Origin: Lama glama
Taxonomy: Eukaryota
DNA length: 64,000 bases
Assembly (NCBI GenBank): GCA_028534125.1
Contig: CM052816.1
Span: 36,954,001-37,018,000, forward strand
Reading direction: 5' to 3'
Of this stretch, positions 28,535 to 40,718 are shown one piece after another (the stretch's first letter is position 1; each line of letters opens with the position of its first letter). Position numbers and translations under genes: made by a program. The notes under the pieces are model-generated. The model was given only the letters and a program-made list of their open reading frames with translations. It made no database searches and was not told the origin of the DNA.

Positions 28535-28879
28535 ATTTAACGTCATCTTTAGAAGAGATTTGTCTTCTTTTACTTATTTATATCAGAAAAAAATTGTTCC
28601 TATTGTTATAGAACTTAAAATATATATTTGGGTATATATATATATATATATATAAAGCTTCAAGTAGAAAGATTTAAAAAAATTCTGTTTGCAAATAATT
28701 CTTATTTTTATTGCACAGTGATCTGATTTTTTATATGTGAATTTTTTACTTTATGGGATGTATTGATCTTTCTGTCAGTTAATAAAGGATAAATTGTGGA
28801 TGTCCTAGTGTATTGGAAAATAGGATTTATTTTCTGTTATTAGGATGTAAATTTAACATGTATTCATATGATCTACCTA

Positions 28880-29100
28880 AATTTTTACACAACTAAAACT
28901 AATATATTGTGTTTGAAGTCAGGTTAGTGGTTACCTCTGGACAAGAGGAAATGAGTTACATTGTAGGGGGGTACAAAGTGAATGCTGGTTGTTGCTAGAG
29001 GACTGTGTCTTGTCCTAGGACATTTCCCAGGAAATTTCTATTTGTGATAACTTATTAGCTTTTACACATCTGACTTGTGCATTTTTTAAATTTTTAAAAC
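28880..29100 (+). mobile_element. L1ME-like 3' UTR fragment
   Basis: 'aactaatatattgtgtttgaagtcaggttagtggttacctctgg'. Confidence 0.65.
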
Positions 29101-29309
29101 TTAAGAAAATAACAAGGAATTGTTCATAAATGTTACTGATGTTGGCTCTGGAAAAAGAAAAGAGCAGCTTTCTTCTAGAATGTTCATGGCTGATTTCTAT
29201 TGCATAAATAGGGTCATGCAATTCTATTAGTGTTTGTGTAAAATGTCTGTAAATATATGTAAGTATCAGGGTTAAAATTAATTGGACGTTAATGAAATAT
29301 TCATCAGGC

Positions 29310-29750
29310 AACTATTTTATTACCAAGCTTTAAGGCATCTGGGGTAATTTGCAAAGGGATACAGGAATGAATATGACATTACTTCAAAGTGTATACAGTT
29401 TATAAGAGGGATAGGAAAGAGAAAAAATTCGCTACGTCTCAGCATGGTAAATTCTACTTTATATGAGGGCATTGTTCAAGTTGTGGTGACAACCAGCAAA
29501 GGTGGCTGACAGGAAATGCTGAGGAAATGTGATGAACTAAAATAATACAGGAGGTAACTTAGTGCTTTTAGGAAAAAAAAAAATTTGCAGTGGCTATGGG
29601 AAAGGAAAAATACAAATACTAGGCTAAGATGGAACAAACTCTTTTGCTGAGTTTGGATAGAAGAAAGAAATAAGCTATATTTATAAATTTGCCAAGTATG
29701 ATAGGAGAATGAGCTAGTCTGTGGCTTGAGGTGGAGATCCACAGAAAACA
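29310..29750 (-). mobile_element. L2 fragment
   Basis: Purine-rich antisense L2-like tract ('ttttgctgagtttgg', 'aatgagctagtctgtggcttgag'). Confidence 0.4.
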
Positions 29751-30070
29751 ATATGTTAAGTAATTTTTTTAGAAGTTTGCATACTTGAACTGCAATATGT
29801 CTGGAAAGATTCTAGAGTAGGATCAAGACCACAGGAAGAACATCTTTTCTTTGGAGCACACTAAATATAGTGAAAAGTAGATGCAATTAAATTTAAGGGA
29901 ATGGAATAAAAATGTACTTTTCTGGTGTTCTTAATCATGCTTTACCTCTGAATCTCTGACCACAATTATATATTTTCTTCATCCCTCCCACACACTTATT
30001 CTTTCCTCCTCTGTTCTCCATTTCTTCACTGTATCTAGTCCCTGGCTCTTCACTTTTCTATGCCCTGTTC

Positions 30071-31211
30071 TTTTTTTTTTTTTTTTTCATTAAAGTATAA
30101 TCAGTTTACACTGTTGTATTAATTTCTGGTGTACAGCAAAGTGATTCAGTTTTATATAAATATACATATGTATTTAATGTCATCTTTACAAGACATTTGC
30201 CTTCTTTTACTTGTTTATGTCAGAAAAAAATTATTCCTATTGTTATAGAACTTAAAATACATATTTTGGATATATATAAAGTTCCAAGTAGAAAGTTCAT
30301 ATTCTTTTTCATTGTATGTTACTATAAGATATTGAATATAGTTCCCTGTGCTATACAGTAGAAATTTTTGCTTATCTATTTTGTAGTTTACAGTAGTTAC
30401 TATCTGCAAATCCTGAACTCCCACTTTGTCCCTTCACCACCCGCCTCCTTTTCCCCCATTAACGATAAGTTTGTTCTCTATATCTATGAATCTGTTTCTG
30501 TGTTGTAAATAAGTTCATTTGTGTCATTTTTTTAGATTACACATATACAGGATATGGTATTTTTCTGTCTCTTTCTAACTTATTTCACATAGTATGACAA
30601 TTTCCAGGTCCATCCATGTTGCTGCAAATGGCATTATTTTATTCTTTTATGGCTGAGTGGTATTCCATTATGTATGTATATACCACAACTTCTTTATCTA
30701 GTCGTATGTCAGTGGACATTTAGGTTGCTTGCATATCTTGGCTATCGCAAATAGTGCTACTGTGAACACTGGGGTGCATGTATCTTTTCAAATTAGCGTT
30801 TCCTCCAGATATAGGCCCAGGATTGGGATTGCTGAATCATACAGTAAGTCTATTTTTAGTTTTTGAAGGAATCTCCTTACTGTTTTCCATTTCTTATTTT
30901 GTTTATTTGTGTCATCTCTCTTTTATTCTTGATCACCCTGGCCAGAAGTTTATTGATTTTGTTTACTCTTTCATAAAACTAGCTCTTGATTTGCTTGATT
31001 TTTCTAATTTTTTTTAAGTTTCTATTTTATTTATTTCTTCCCCAACCTTTATTATTTTTTTCCTTCTGCTAACTTTAGGTCTTGTTTGTTCTTATTTTCC
31101 TAATTCTTTAAGGTGGTAGGTTAGTCTGTTTATTTGAAATTGTTCTTATTTCCTGAAGAAGGCCTGTATCACTATGAATTTCCCTCTTAGAACTGCTTTT
31201 GCTACATTCCT
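30071..31211 (-). mobile_element. 5'-truncated, internally deleted LINE-1 carrying a foreign insert in its 3' UTR
   Basis: Poly-T at 30071-30087, L1 3' UTR ('gttccctgtgctatacagtag'), ORF2 end, then a jump at ~30888 to the EN-RT linker. Decayed TSD: tatgccctgttct (30059-30071) / tgtaccctattct (31213-31225). Confidence 0.93.
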
Positions 31212-31371
31212 TTGTACCCTATTCTAATATGACTCTTTTATCCAGCAAGCTTCTGGTTAATTACTGTCATTCTTCCTGTCAAATTCCACATGATCAAATG
31301 AATCTTATCCTACAAATCTTTTTTTGTTTGTTTGTTTTCATCTCTCCTACAATTTGACTCCTTTAGTACAC

Positions 31372-32049
31372 TGTTAGGAAACTATTACTGCCATGCCTCC
31401 TGGACTGTGAAAAGTCCAGGTTGAAATCATGATCAGAGGATGGACCATTACTATGAAATTAAGCTCACACAACAGTCAAGATATTATTACAAATGATACT
31501 AAAAGTTGGAATCAAAAGGAAATTTATAAACAGGGTGCTAACAAATGTGACTGTATCACCTAAAGGTTATAGGTAAAAGTAGGAGTTTGAATAGAGTTAT
31601 AAAATTTTGTGAGATTCAGTGATGGCAGAATTTTTTTGTTTGATTGCTTGTTTTTTTTGTTTGTTTGTTTTTGTTTTTGTTTTTGTAAGACAGAGTAGAA
31701 GTTTAATGATCTAGTTGGGCAGTGGGTGGAACTTCAGTGAGACTGATGAAGTTGCATGACAGAAAAAAGAAACTCTTTTTCAGAGAACTATAGGAGAGAC
31801 TGCTTGTGATAGGAGGACAGCATTCTATTAGTACAAAGAGGACATGAAAAATAGTTGTACCTCATAGTTCCCAGTATTTCCTGATTAAACCATGTTTCCA
31901 AAATTGGCAGAAATTCTCACAGGCTGGCCAACACTTGTCTTTGACTTCCAGAGCAGATGGAAGCTATCAAGGTTTCAGAAAGAATCAGGATGTGGAACCT
32001 ATGGGGAGAACATTTTCTCTTTGTTTCTCCTCATTTTCCTTTCCCAACA
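31372..32049. mobile_element. Possible old solo LTR, family not recognised
   Basis: TG...CA ends with a 9/10 inverted terminal match (TGTTAGGAAA / TTTCCCAACA). No TSD visible. Confidence 0.3.
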
Positions 32050-34587
32050 TTCATCTGCATGAACATTCTATATCACTAGACAATCATGGCCTGTAAACTG
32101 CACAATTGAGAGAAAATTTATTCTTATGAAGGAGCAGTATATAATAGAAAAGGGTGAGGCAAGAATTTAGACCTACTTTTCTGAAAAACCAGAGTTATAG
32201 AAACTTAGCAAACTAGAGGGTGACAATGAAAAGGTTTAAAGTAGGTACAATTGAAGAAGCAAAGAGACCCTGCCTGGGTTATCAAGTCCCTGCCTTCCTT
32301 TATATCTAGTCCCTTCCCTTAGGCCCCATTTAAAACCAGTTGCCTTCAGAGGAGACAATTATATACTCCCTTGCAATGCCCACTCAAATACTTGTTTTAA
32401 CACATGGCGATTTAGATGCAGGTGCTTGTCTCCTTAAATGTCTTTCTAAGGCTATTTACTATTTTTATGATCAATTTTAATGTGCTACCATGTTTTCAGT
32501 ATTGGCTGCCAGACACCATTTTAATACTGGCATATCTCAAGCAAGAAAGCAACCTGATTCATTATTATTAAGTTATCTTTTTTGGCAGTAAGTTCTGCCT
32601 GGCTCAAAGATTATGTAGAAGAAGAAGAATGTCCTTTCACAATCATGGTTGCCTCCCTGACGTTTCTCTGATAAACTTGTTTTGTATTATCTCCTGTTTT
32701 CTTTGTAGAGCTTTTCTTCTAAGATTTCATTACAGCCAGGGTGACAAGGATTTTGTTGTTGTTGTTTAAGTAAGTTGGCATGTGCTAAATTGCTTCTGAT
32801 AGAAGAAGAACTCAATCAAAACTGACACTGTCTGTCTAGTGTTTTACTAAAAGCCGACTAGGTTGTGATATGTTTTAATGTTTAGACTTCAGTTCTGCAG
32901 TGAACATTAAATCAACAAGTCTGGCATGCATACCAATTCACGGAATTAGCACAGAGCTTGGAAACTCTCGAAAATAAGGTGTGACCCTGCTGAAGATAAT
33001 TCTGGCTTCCAGGCTTTTATGGAGGATATATTAATTCATTGAATTATTCAAGCATGCTGCATACAAATGCTGACAGGGATTCAAAGGTTTGTTGTCTCCT
33101 ATTAATCACTTTATTATTCATATCATTCTTTCACTAGAGGCATTAGAATATGTTTGATTAATATCTCATTGTTATTGTTCTTATGAGCAATGTTGATTGG
33201 GTGTGCTCTAGAGAACTCTGTTTCCTTTTAAGTAAATGGGAACAGAACAATAGATAATTACCAAATCTTGGTGGTATTTTCTGTGACTGCGCAACGTCTT
33301 CTGACAACCACGGCTATCACACCTAGTTCACCCTGTGGCTAGGATGGATGATCGTGACACACAGTGTCTCTTCTTAACCCAGCAAGAGATGAAGAGTCTC
33401 TCACGATCACTAGACTTAAGACAAATTTTAGTACCTCTGAATGTTCCCTGGCTATTTCATTGTTCTCTTGTTTGGTAGCTTTTAGACTGCGATCCTATTC
33501 ATTTTGTCTGAATGTCAGATCAAGAGGAACTGTTTCTTTCATCCATGCTACTAAATATAAAGAGATATGAGGGAAATTTTAGAAGTTTCTTAAAGCTCCA
33601 AATATTGAGCTCAGTATTGCATATATTCCTTTTTCTAATCTTGAAGGCAAACCATTAGGCAATTCTTAATGGATTATATACCAAGTAAATTGCTTTGCTT
33701 TTTGATGCATAAATTATTCTAGAGCATGTTTTGCATTGATTTAGGAAAAAAAACAAATTTACATGTATTTCATGTATACATGTTATAGAACCAGATTTTG
33801 AACATTATTATCAGGTAATGTTTTAAAGAGAAAAACAACATATACTATAAAAAAGAAAGTAAGCAAACCAAGCCTGAAGAATAATAGAAACACAATGCAT
33901 GCAGAAGCATGTTTCTTGTTTAAAAATATCTATTTTCTGTTGTTGCTAATTTTTTTCTGTAGTCCCTAGATTTGGCACCTGTTATTTTACTATAGGTAGT
34001 TGACCCTGACACTAGGGCCCTGCCTTCTCTCAGCTGCCTTGTCCTGTAGTCCCTGGGCTGAAGAGCTCACCACAGGATGCTCCACAGAACATGCTGCTTA
34101 GAGCTAACTCCTCAACATCCATATGGTTTGATCCACATCCTTTACAAGCTTGATTGCATGCACATTGTACCTGATATTTATTGACCCTGCTGCTTCCCTT
34201 CTGTTCACTGCGTTACCCTTGTATGCTTGCTTATTTTCTGCCTTCCTAAAGTTCATAAATAACAAACCAAATGAGCGGAAGATTGCCCCACAGAAGTCGT
34301 TTTCATCTCAGTTATCCAAATTTCAGTTTTCTAGTTGCCTTAATTCTATACAATTTAGCTATGGACAACCCCAGATGTGTGAAGAGAAAGCCATTTAATG
34401 ACAGCTTAGATTTACAAATGACAGCAAGTCAGTCTAGTACTATAAGAGAAATAAGTAAAGGTAGGTTCTCAGAAGCATTGCTGCTCTGTGTAAATTATCT
34501 CATTTTTGGCACCCCATTTCATACACCTTTGTGTGAGTGTGAAGAGAGGCAGGCAGGAATAGGAAGGGAAATGGCATTTGGTGAGAG

Positions 34588-34745
34588 AGCATAGCAAAAT
34601 AGAAAGCTCATATGTTTTAAGTTCAGAAAGACAAAGTTTCAAATCTTGGCTTTGCCACTTATGACATTGGGCAAGTTAATTTAAACTTGAATTTCATCCC
34701 CTTCATCTGTTAAATAGAAAAATATTATTCACTTTATGTTTGTTT
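34588..34745 (+). mobile_element. MIR SINE
   Basis: 'ttcaaatcttggctttgccacttatgacattgggcaagttaatttaaac...ttcatctgttaaatag'. Confidence 0.8.
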
Positions 34746-37559
34746 AAAGATTTTTTAGGTTTCATCTGAAGTTTCTGACCATGACATAACCTCAGTAATT
34801 GGAATTTTTAAATTTCCTTTCCTTTAATTTTATTAATCCATGTACCCCTCTCTTGAGAACACATACAATTTTCCTCTTTGTATCTTCTGTACCTTCTGTA
34901 AGGCAAGAAGAACCCAATAAACACATGTTGTGTAGAATCCATGAGTGAATAAGTAATCCATGGTATTCCTTCAGGGAAATATTGAACTTGTGTTAAGATA
35001 CCTTCATAAATCTTACTGTTTTCTAATAAAGCTAGTTATGTAGTTTCCTAGGATTTACAAAAAATGGAAAAATTAAATTAGAATTGGGCTTGAAGATGGT
35101 TAGTTAGGTACATAGACAACAGTAAAACTTACAGCTCACAGGTTGAAGATAGAGAAGAGCTGAAAAGCTTTTCAATGTGACCTGTTCGACAGCTCTCCAA
35201 GCCATACTGATCCCATTAGGTACTATATTACAGAATAGACTGGCATTCATAAAAATAGATACTTTGAGCTTTAATAGAAGAGTGAAATTATATTAAACTC
35301 ATTGTGCTTTAGAAGGTACAAGTGTGTGTAATGTATTTTAGAAATATTTCTATTAAAGTGGTTGCTTTCAGTGCTTGAAAAGTTAAGCTTCAGTTATCTG
35401 TAAAATTAACATATGTGTACAGATCATTCCCCATCAATGTCACATTGACAGAGTGTTCTGCCTATTGTCATTACCAATCATTTCTTCACCACCCTTTGGC
35501 ATTTTTCCCCTACCAAAGTATGCTACAGTGATGAATAGATTTTTTTTAAGCAAGGTTTGTTTTAGGAAAGGTAAAAAAAGATCTACTTAAAAGTAGCAAA
35601 GACCATCCTAGACCTGTTTCAGGTGATCATTCAAACTTGTATATTTCACTGTGATGTCAAGGAAATTCCCAGGCTCTGCCTGGCATCAGTGCCATTGTAT
35701 ATGTTTGTAATCTGAGCCAGACATCTGTGAGTGAACTCAACAAGCCCCAGGGCAGGAAGGCTGGCATTTTTCCACCTGAATGACTATTTAAGTAAAAGCA
35801 GCACAGGGGAGAAAGACAGGATAATCTGTTTTCTTTGTAATTGGTGTTGGCTTGGGTGTATGCAATTTATAAACTGGCTCAAAGACTGTTCATTTTCAAA
35901 ATGACAATGCTTTCACATAATGTAGCTGGAAGATCATCATCAAACAGCTGGAAGATACAGTAAAGTTTTAACTATGTGAATAGTCTAAACTTTTCCTTAT
36001 AGCCCTTTGTGCATACTGTGGCTCTCTGCTTCCCAGATAGACCACCACATCATTCACCACACACATACATGCATGCATAACTAAAGTATGTAGCAATTTC
36101 CTTGCTCTCTTGGCTTATTTGATAAATTCCTTTTTAATATATATTCCTATAAAAACAAGTCCCAAGTTCCTTTTAGTGGTTCATTGAATGAAAAAGATTT
36201 ATAGATATATTGATGAATATTAAATATGAAAGAAAAAATTATAGAAATTATATTTTAATATTCCTATGTAAATGAGAACTTAGAAATCCATAAGAAAGTA
36301 AAAGGGGATTAATACTGTCTGAAAGTAGAAAGTAAATGGGAGAGTAGTTTCAGTAATCATTTATGAGAGCAACTTTAATATACTGCTGTGAATACTGGTA
36401 CATGCTATTTAGCATAGATGCCAGCCAGAAGGGTCAACTGGTAGCAAATTGTGGAGGGACAGAGATGGACATAACTATATGGGACTTTATACAGGACTGT
36501 ATCCTAGCAATGGGACCCTCCTTTTTACTGGTCTCACTTTTTTATGTGGCAAGGGTAAAAGCAGCCTTGTATTCAGAGAATAAATATTTGGGGCTCAAGC
36601 ATTAGTCACGTTGAGCCTGGTTGCCACTCTTAAGGAGAATGCAAGGAATTGTGATCTGCCTGATACTTGCAGACATTAGAGGTCTTCAACTCCTGTGGGC
36701 AAATTAAAGGTGGGCAAACTGATTCTCCTCAAAGGAAGGACAAGTTCCTAGCTCCAGAGCAGACAAACTGTAATGAATCTTTGAAGTTTCTCATCCAATT
36801 TTCCTAACTGCTTATCTCCACAAAGGTTTACAAAATTACTGAATATCATATTTAAATCAGAGTTTAGTATTGCCAAAGAAAATATGAATTTAATGGAACT
36901 TATTTAGAAAGCATAGAATTAGGAGGATACTATACTTTTCATCAAACTCTTCATTTTTGCATGTGAAAAAAGAGTCTAAGAACTTAAATATCTGTTCGGA
37001 TTTGTGACCTTTCTTGTTGTTTTAGTCTAAATTCTTCTCAATATCTAATTAATTTTCCTAAAATAAAGTATGTCATACATGTCTCAGCCTTTACCAGCTA
37101 TAGGTCACCTTTTACCTTCTAATTTTTTTACATTTCCTTTTTATACCAATTCTATAGTAAGCCAAGCTCCTGCCAGTTTCACTGACACAAATTAAATTCT
37201 GTTAACACATTCTCAGTACTAGGAGATTTAAGAGAGGTTTGTAACTCATGCCCACAAATCAGCCTGTCAGCTGAGGTCATCGTGTGGCATGTGCCCTCTT
37301 TTTCTCTACTGTGTTGACACTGTCTTGTTAATATCTGATCTTGTGAATCTTCACCCTTGGCTTTGTTGAGGATTTGATCCACAGAGGAAACCAGTGGAAG
37401 TCTCCAATTAATCCATATATCCAATCATAAGGGCACAACACCTTTTCTGTGTTTTATAAAAAGTCTAAGACAATGACCTCCAACATTCCCCAGGGGCCTT
37501 ATAAAATAACATTTATTTCAGCTCTAAAATAAACAAATAGAAATCAAACAAATCTAAAA

Positions 37560-37935
37560 AGCTATCAAGGGAGATGACTAAATACACCATGTAATGTACA
37601 TCTATACTAAGGCAGAGCTACTCAAATAAGGAAGTGGGTCTATGGGAAAAAAATCCTCAAGATATTATATTAAATAAATACATGGCGGCAGAATGGTAGT
37701 TTTACATTCAAAATAATAATGCAATTCTCCCATAAAATTCAGTTTTTATAATTAGGGTACTTAATGAATCAAATGCATATAACAAAAAGGCCAGAAATAA
37801 TACACAGCAAATTTGGAAAAGTAATTTCCTTCCAGGAGTAAGGAAGGGATTAGGGCTGGGAATAATGATCTAGAGGACTTTTATCTAATGATTCTTTATT
37901 TTGGAAATTGTTAAAGTATTTCTTGTGTAAATCAA
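37560..37935 (+). mobile_element. L1ME-like 3' UTR fragment
   Basis: 'atcctcaagatattatattaaat', 'ggccagaaataatacacagcaaa...gtaatttccttccaggag'. Confidence 0.55.
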
Positions 37936-38653
37936 TCAACTTTGCTACCTATCTTGCTAAACCCATAAGTACACAAGAGGGAACTGCAAGTGAGGTGGCC
38001 ATATGAAAGAGACAGTGCCGTTTTTCAGGAGACTAATTTTTTTTTTTAAATTAACAATACCTGTCCTTTATTAAGCCTTCTACTACACTATGGTCTAGGC
38101 ACCAGGGGTTTTACATACATTAATGCTAATCTATTTGTAATTAAATTATAATTGACATGCTATATTATATTGGTTTCAGGTATACAACTATAAAAGGGAG
38201 TGGCTCAATATTTTTATACATTATGAAATGATTACCACAGTAATCTGGTTATCCTCTGTCACCATACAGAGTTGTTACAATATGATTGACTGTATTCCCT
38301 ATACTGTACATCATATCCCTGTGACTTAATTTTATAGTTATAAGTTTGTACCTCTTAGTCCTCTTCACAGATTTTGTTTATCCAGCCAGCTCCCTACCCT
38401 CTGGCAACCAAGAGTTTGCTCTCTGTGTCTATGAGTCTGTTTCTGTTTTGTTACATTCATTCATTTGTTTTGCTTTTTTGATTCCGTATGTAAGTGAAAT
38501 CATATGTTCTTTATTTTTCTCTGTCTGACTTATTTCACTTAGCATAGTATCTCTAGCTCCATCCATGATGTCACAAATTACAATATTTCATTCTTTTCAT
38601 TGCTGAATAATATTCCATTGTGTATATATATTCCATCATATATAATATTCCAT

Positions 38654-38663
<10 letters not shown>

Positions 38664-38712
<49 letters not shown>
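38664..38712. repeat. (TA)n microsatellite in L1
   Basis: Perfect TA run, seen directly. Confidence 0.98.
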
Positions 38713-38715
<3 letters not shown>

Positions 38716-40509
38716 CTCTGCATCTTTTTTGTCCATTCATCTATCAGTAGACACTTAGGTCACTTCCATATCTTGGCAATTGTAAATAACTCTTTAATGA
38801 ACAATGGGGTATGTATATATTTTTAAATTAATGTGTTTGTTTTCTTTGGATAAATGCACAGAAGTGGAATTGCTGTGTCATATAGAAGTTCTAATTTTAG
38901 ATTTCTTTGAGGAGACTTCATACTGATTTCCATGGTGGCTGCACCAATTTACATTCCCACCAACAGTGTACAGAGGTTCCCTTGTATCCAGATTCTCATC
39001 AACACTTGCTGTTTCTTGTCATTTTCATAAAAATTATTCTAACAGATATGAGGTCGTATGGTTTTGATTTCCATTCTCCTGCTCATTAGGCTCATTTTTT
39101 TCATGTGCCTGTTGGCCATCTGTATGTCGTTGGAAAATTGATTATTCAGGTCTTCTGCTCATTTTTCAATTTTTTTTGATATTGAGTTGATGAGTTCTGT
39201 ATATATTTCAGATACCAACCCCATATCAGACATATTTGCAAATATCTTCTTCCATTCAGAAGGTTGGCTGTTTGTTTTGTTGGTTGTTTCCTTTGTGGTC
39301 CAGAGCTTCTTAGTTTGATGTAGTTCCATTTTGTTTATTTTTTGCTTTTGTTACCCTTGCCTGAAGACACATATCGAAAAAAAAAAATTATTACTAAGAC
39401 CAAAGTCAAACAGATTACTGCCTATGTTTTCCTCTGGGAGTTTCATGGTTTCTGGTCTTATATTTAAGTCTTTAATCCATTTTGAATTTATTTTTGTATA
39501 TTATGTAAGAAAGGTATTTGGTTTCATTCTTTTGCATTCTTGTGGCTATCCAGTTTTCCTAACACCATTTATTGAAGACACTGTCTTTTTCCCATTTTAT
39601 ATCATTGCCTCCTAATCATAGATTAATTTACTATATGAGCATGGGTTTATTCCTGGGCTCTCTATCTTGCTTCATTGATCTATGGTGATAGTGGGCATCT
39701 TTGTTTTGTTCCTGATCCTAGTAAAAAAGCTTTAAGCTTTTCATGATTGAGTATGGTGTTAGCTGTTGGTTTGTCATATAAGGCTTTTATTATATTGAGG
39801 TATGTTCCCTCTCTGCCCACTTTATTGAGAATTTTTATCATACATGGATGTTGAATTTTTCAAATCATTTATCAACATGTAATGCCCTTCTTTGTCTTTG
39901 GTTAGTCTTTGTTTTAAATTCTATTTTGTTTTATATGAGTATTGCTACACCAGCTCTTTTCTTTTCCATTTGCATGGAATATCTTTCCATTTTCATTCCT
40001 TCACTTTCAGTTTATGAGTATCCTTTGATCTAAAGAGAGTCTCTTATAGACAGCATATAGATGGATTTTTTTTAATCCACTCAGCCACCCTATATATTTT
40101 TATTGGATCATTTAGAATTGGACAAATTAAATTATATTTAAACTTATTATTGATAAGTAGTTCTAAGCACAATTTTGTTCATTGTTGTGGTTGTTTATGT
40201 CATTCATCTCTGTCTTTTCCTGTCTCCCTTGATTTCTTCCCTTGTGATTTGATGGATTTCTTTAGTGTTTAGATTCCTTTGTCTTTATTTTTCGTGTATT
40301 AACTTTAAGCATTTAGCTTGTGGTTACCATGAGGTTCACACATACTAACATGTATGTACAGCAGACTATTTAAAGCTAATAGTCATTTATGTTTTAACAC
40401 CTTTTAAAAGCACTACATTTTTAGTTCCTCTTGACCATGTTTTATGTTTTTGATGTTATATTTAAATCTTTTTATTTTCTGCATTCTTTAAATACTTATT
40501 GTAGTTATA

Positions 40510-40718
40510 CAGTTATACAGGTGGATTAGGTGTTCCCACACCTGCACAGTTGAAAATTTGTGTGTAACTTTACAGTTGGCACTCTGTATCCACAGTTTCC
40601 CATCCACAGATTCAACTATCCATGGATGGTGTAGTACTGTAGTATGAATCTTAAAAAAAAAAATCCATGTTATAAATGGACGTGCGAAGTTCAAACCTGT
40701 GTTTTCAATGTTCAGCTG
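40510..40718 (-). mobile_element. Tigger2a/MER8-type TcMar MITE inserted in the L1 inter-ORF region
   Basis: Reverse complement begins 'cagctgaacattgaaaacacaggtttgaacttcgcacgtccatttata', matching the Tigger2 terminal region. Internal 'tactacagtactacac'. TA flanks. The left terminal repeat is partly deleted. Confidence 0.85.

Noticed and set aside
31399..31420. 8-bp hairpin cctggact/agtccagg
   Set aside because: Stems this short are expected by chance in a window of this size.
35924..35955. 11-bp direct repeat agctggaagat with a short spacer, CRISPR-like at a glance
   Set aside because: Only two units, in eukaryotic DNA, with no cas genes. It is an ordinary micro-duplication.
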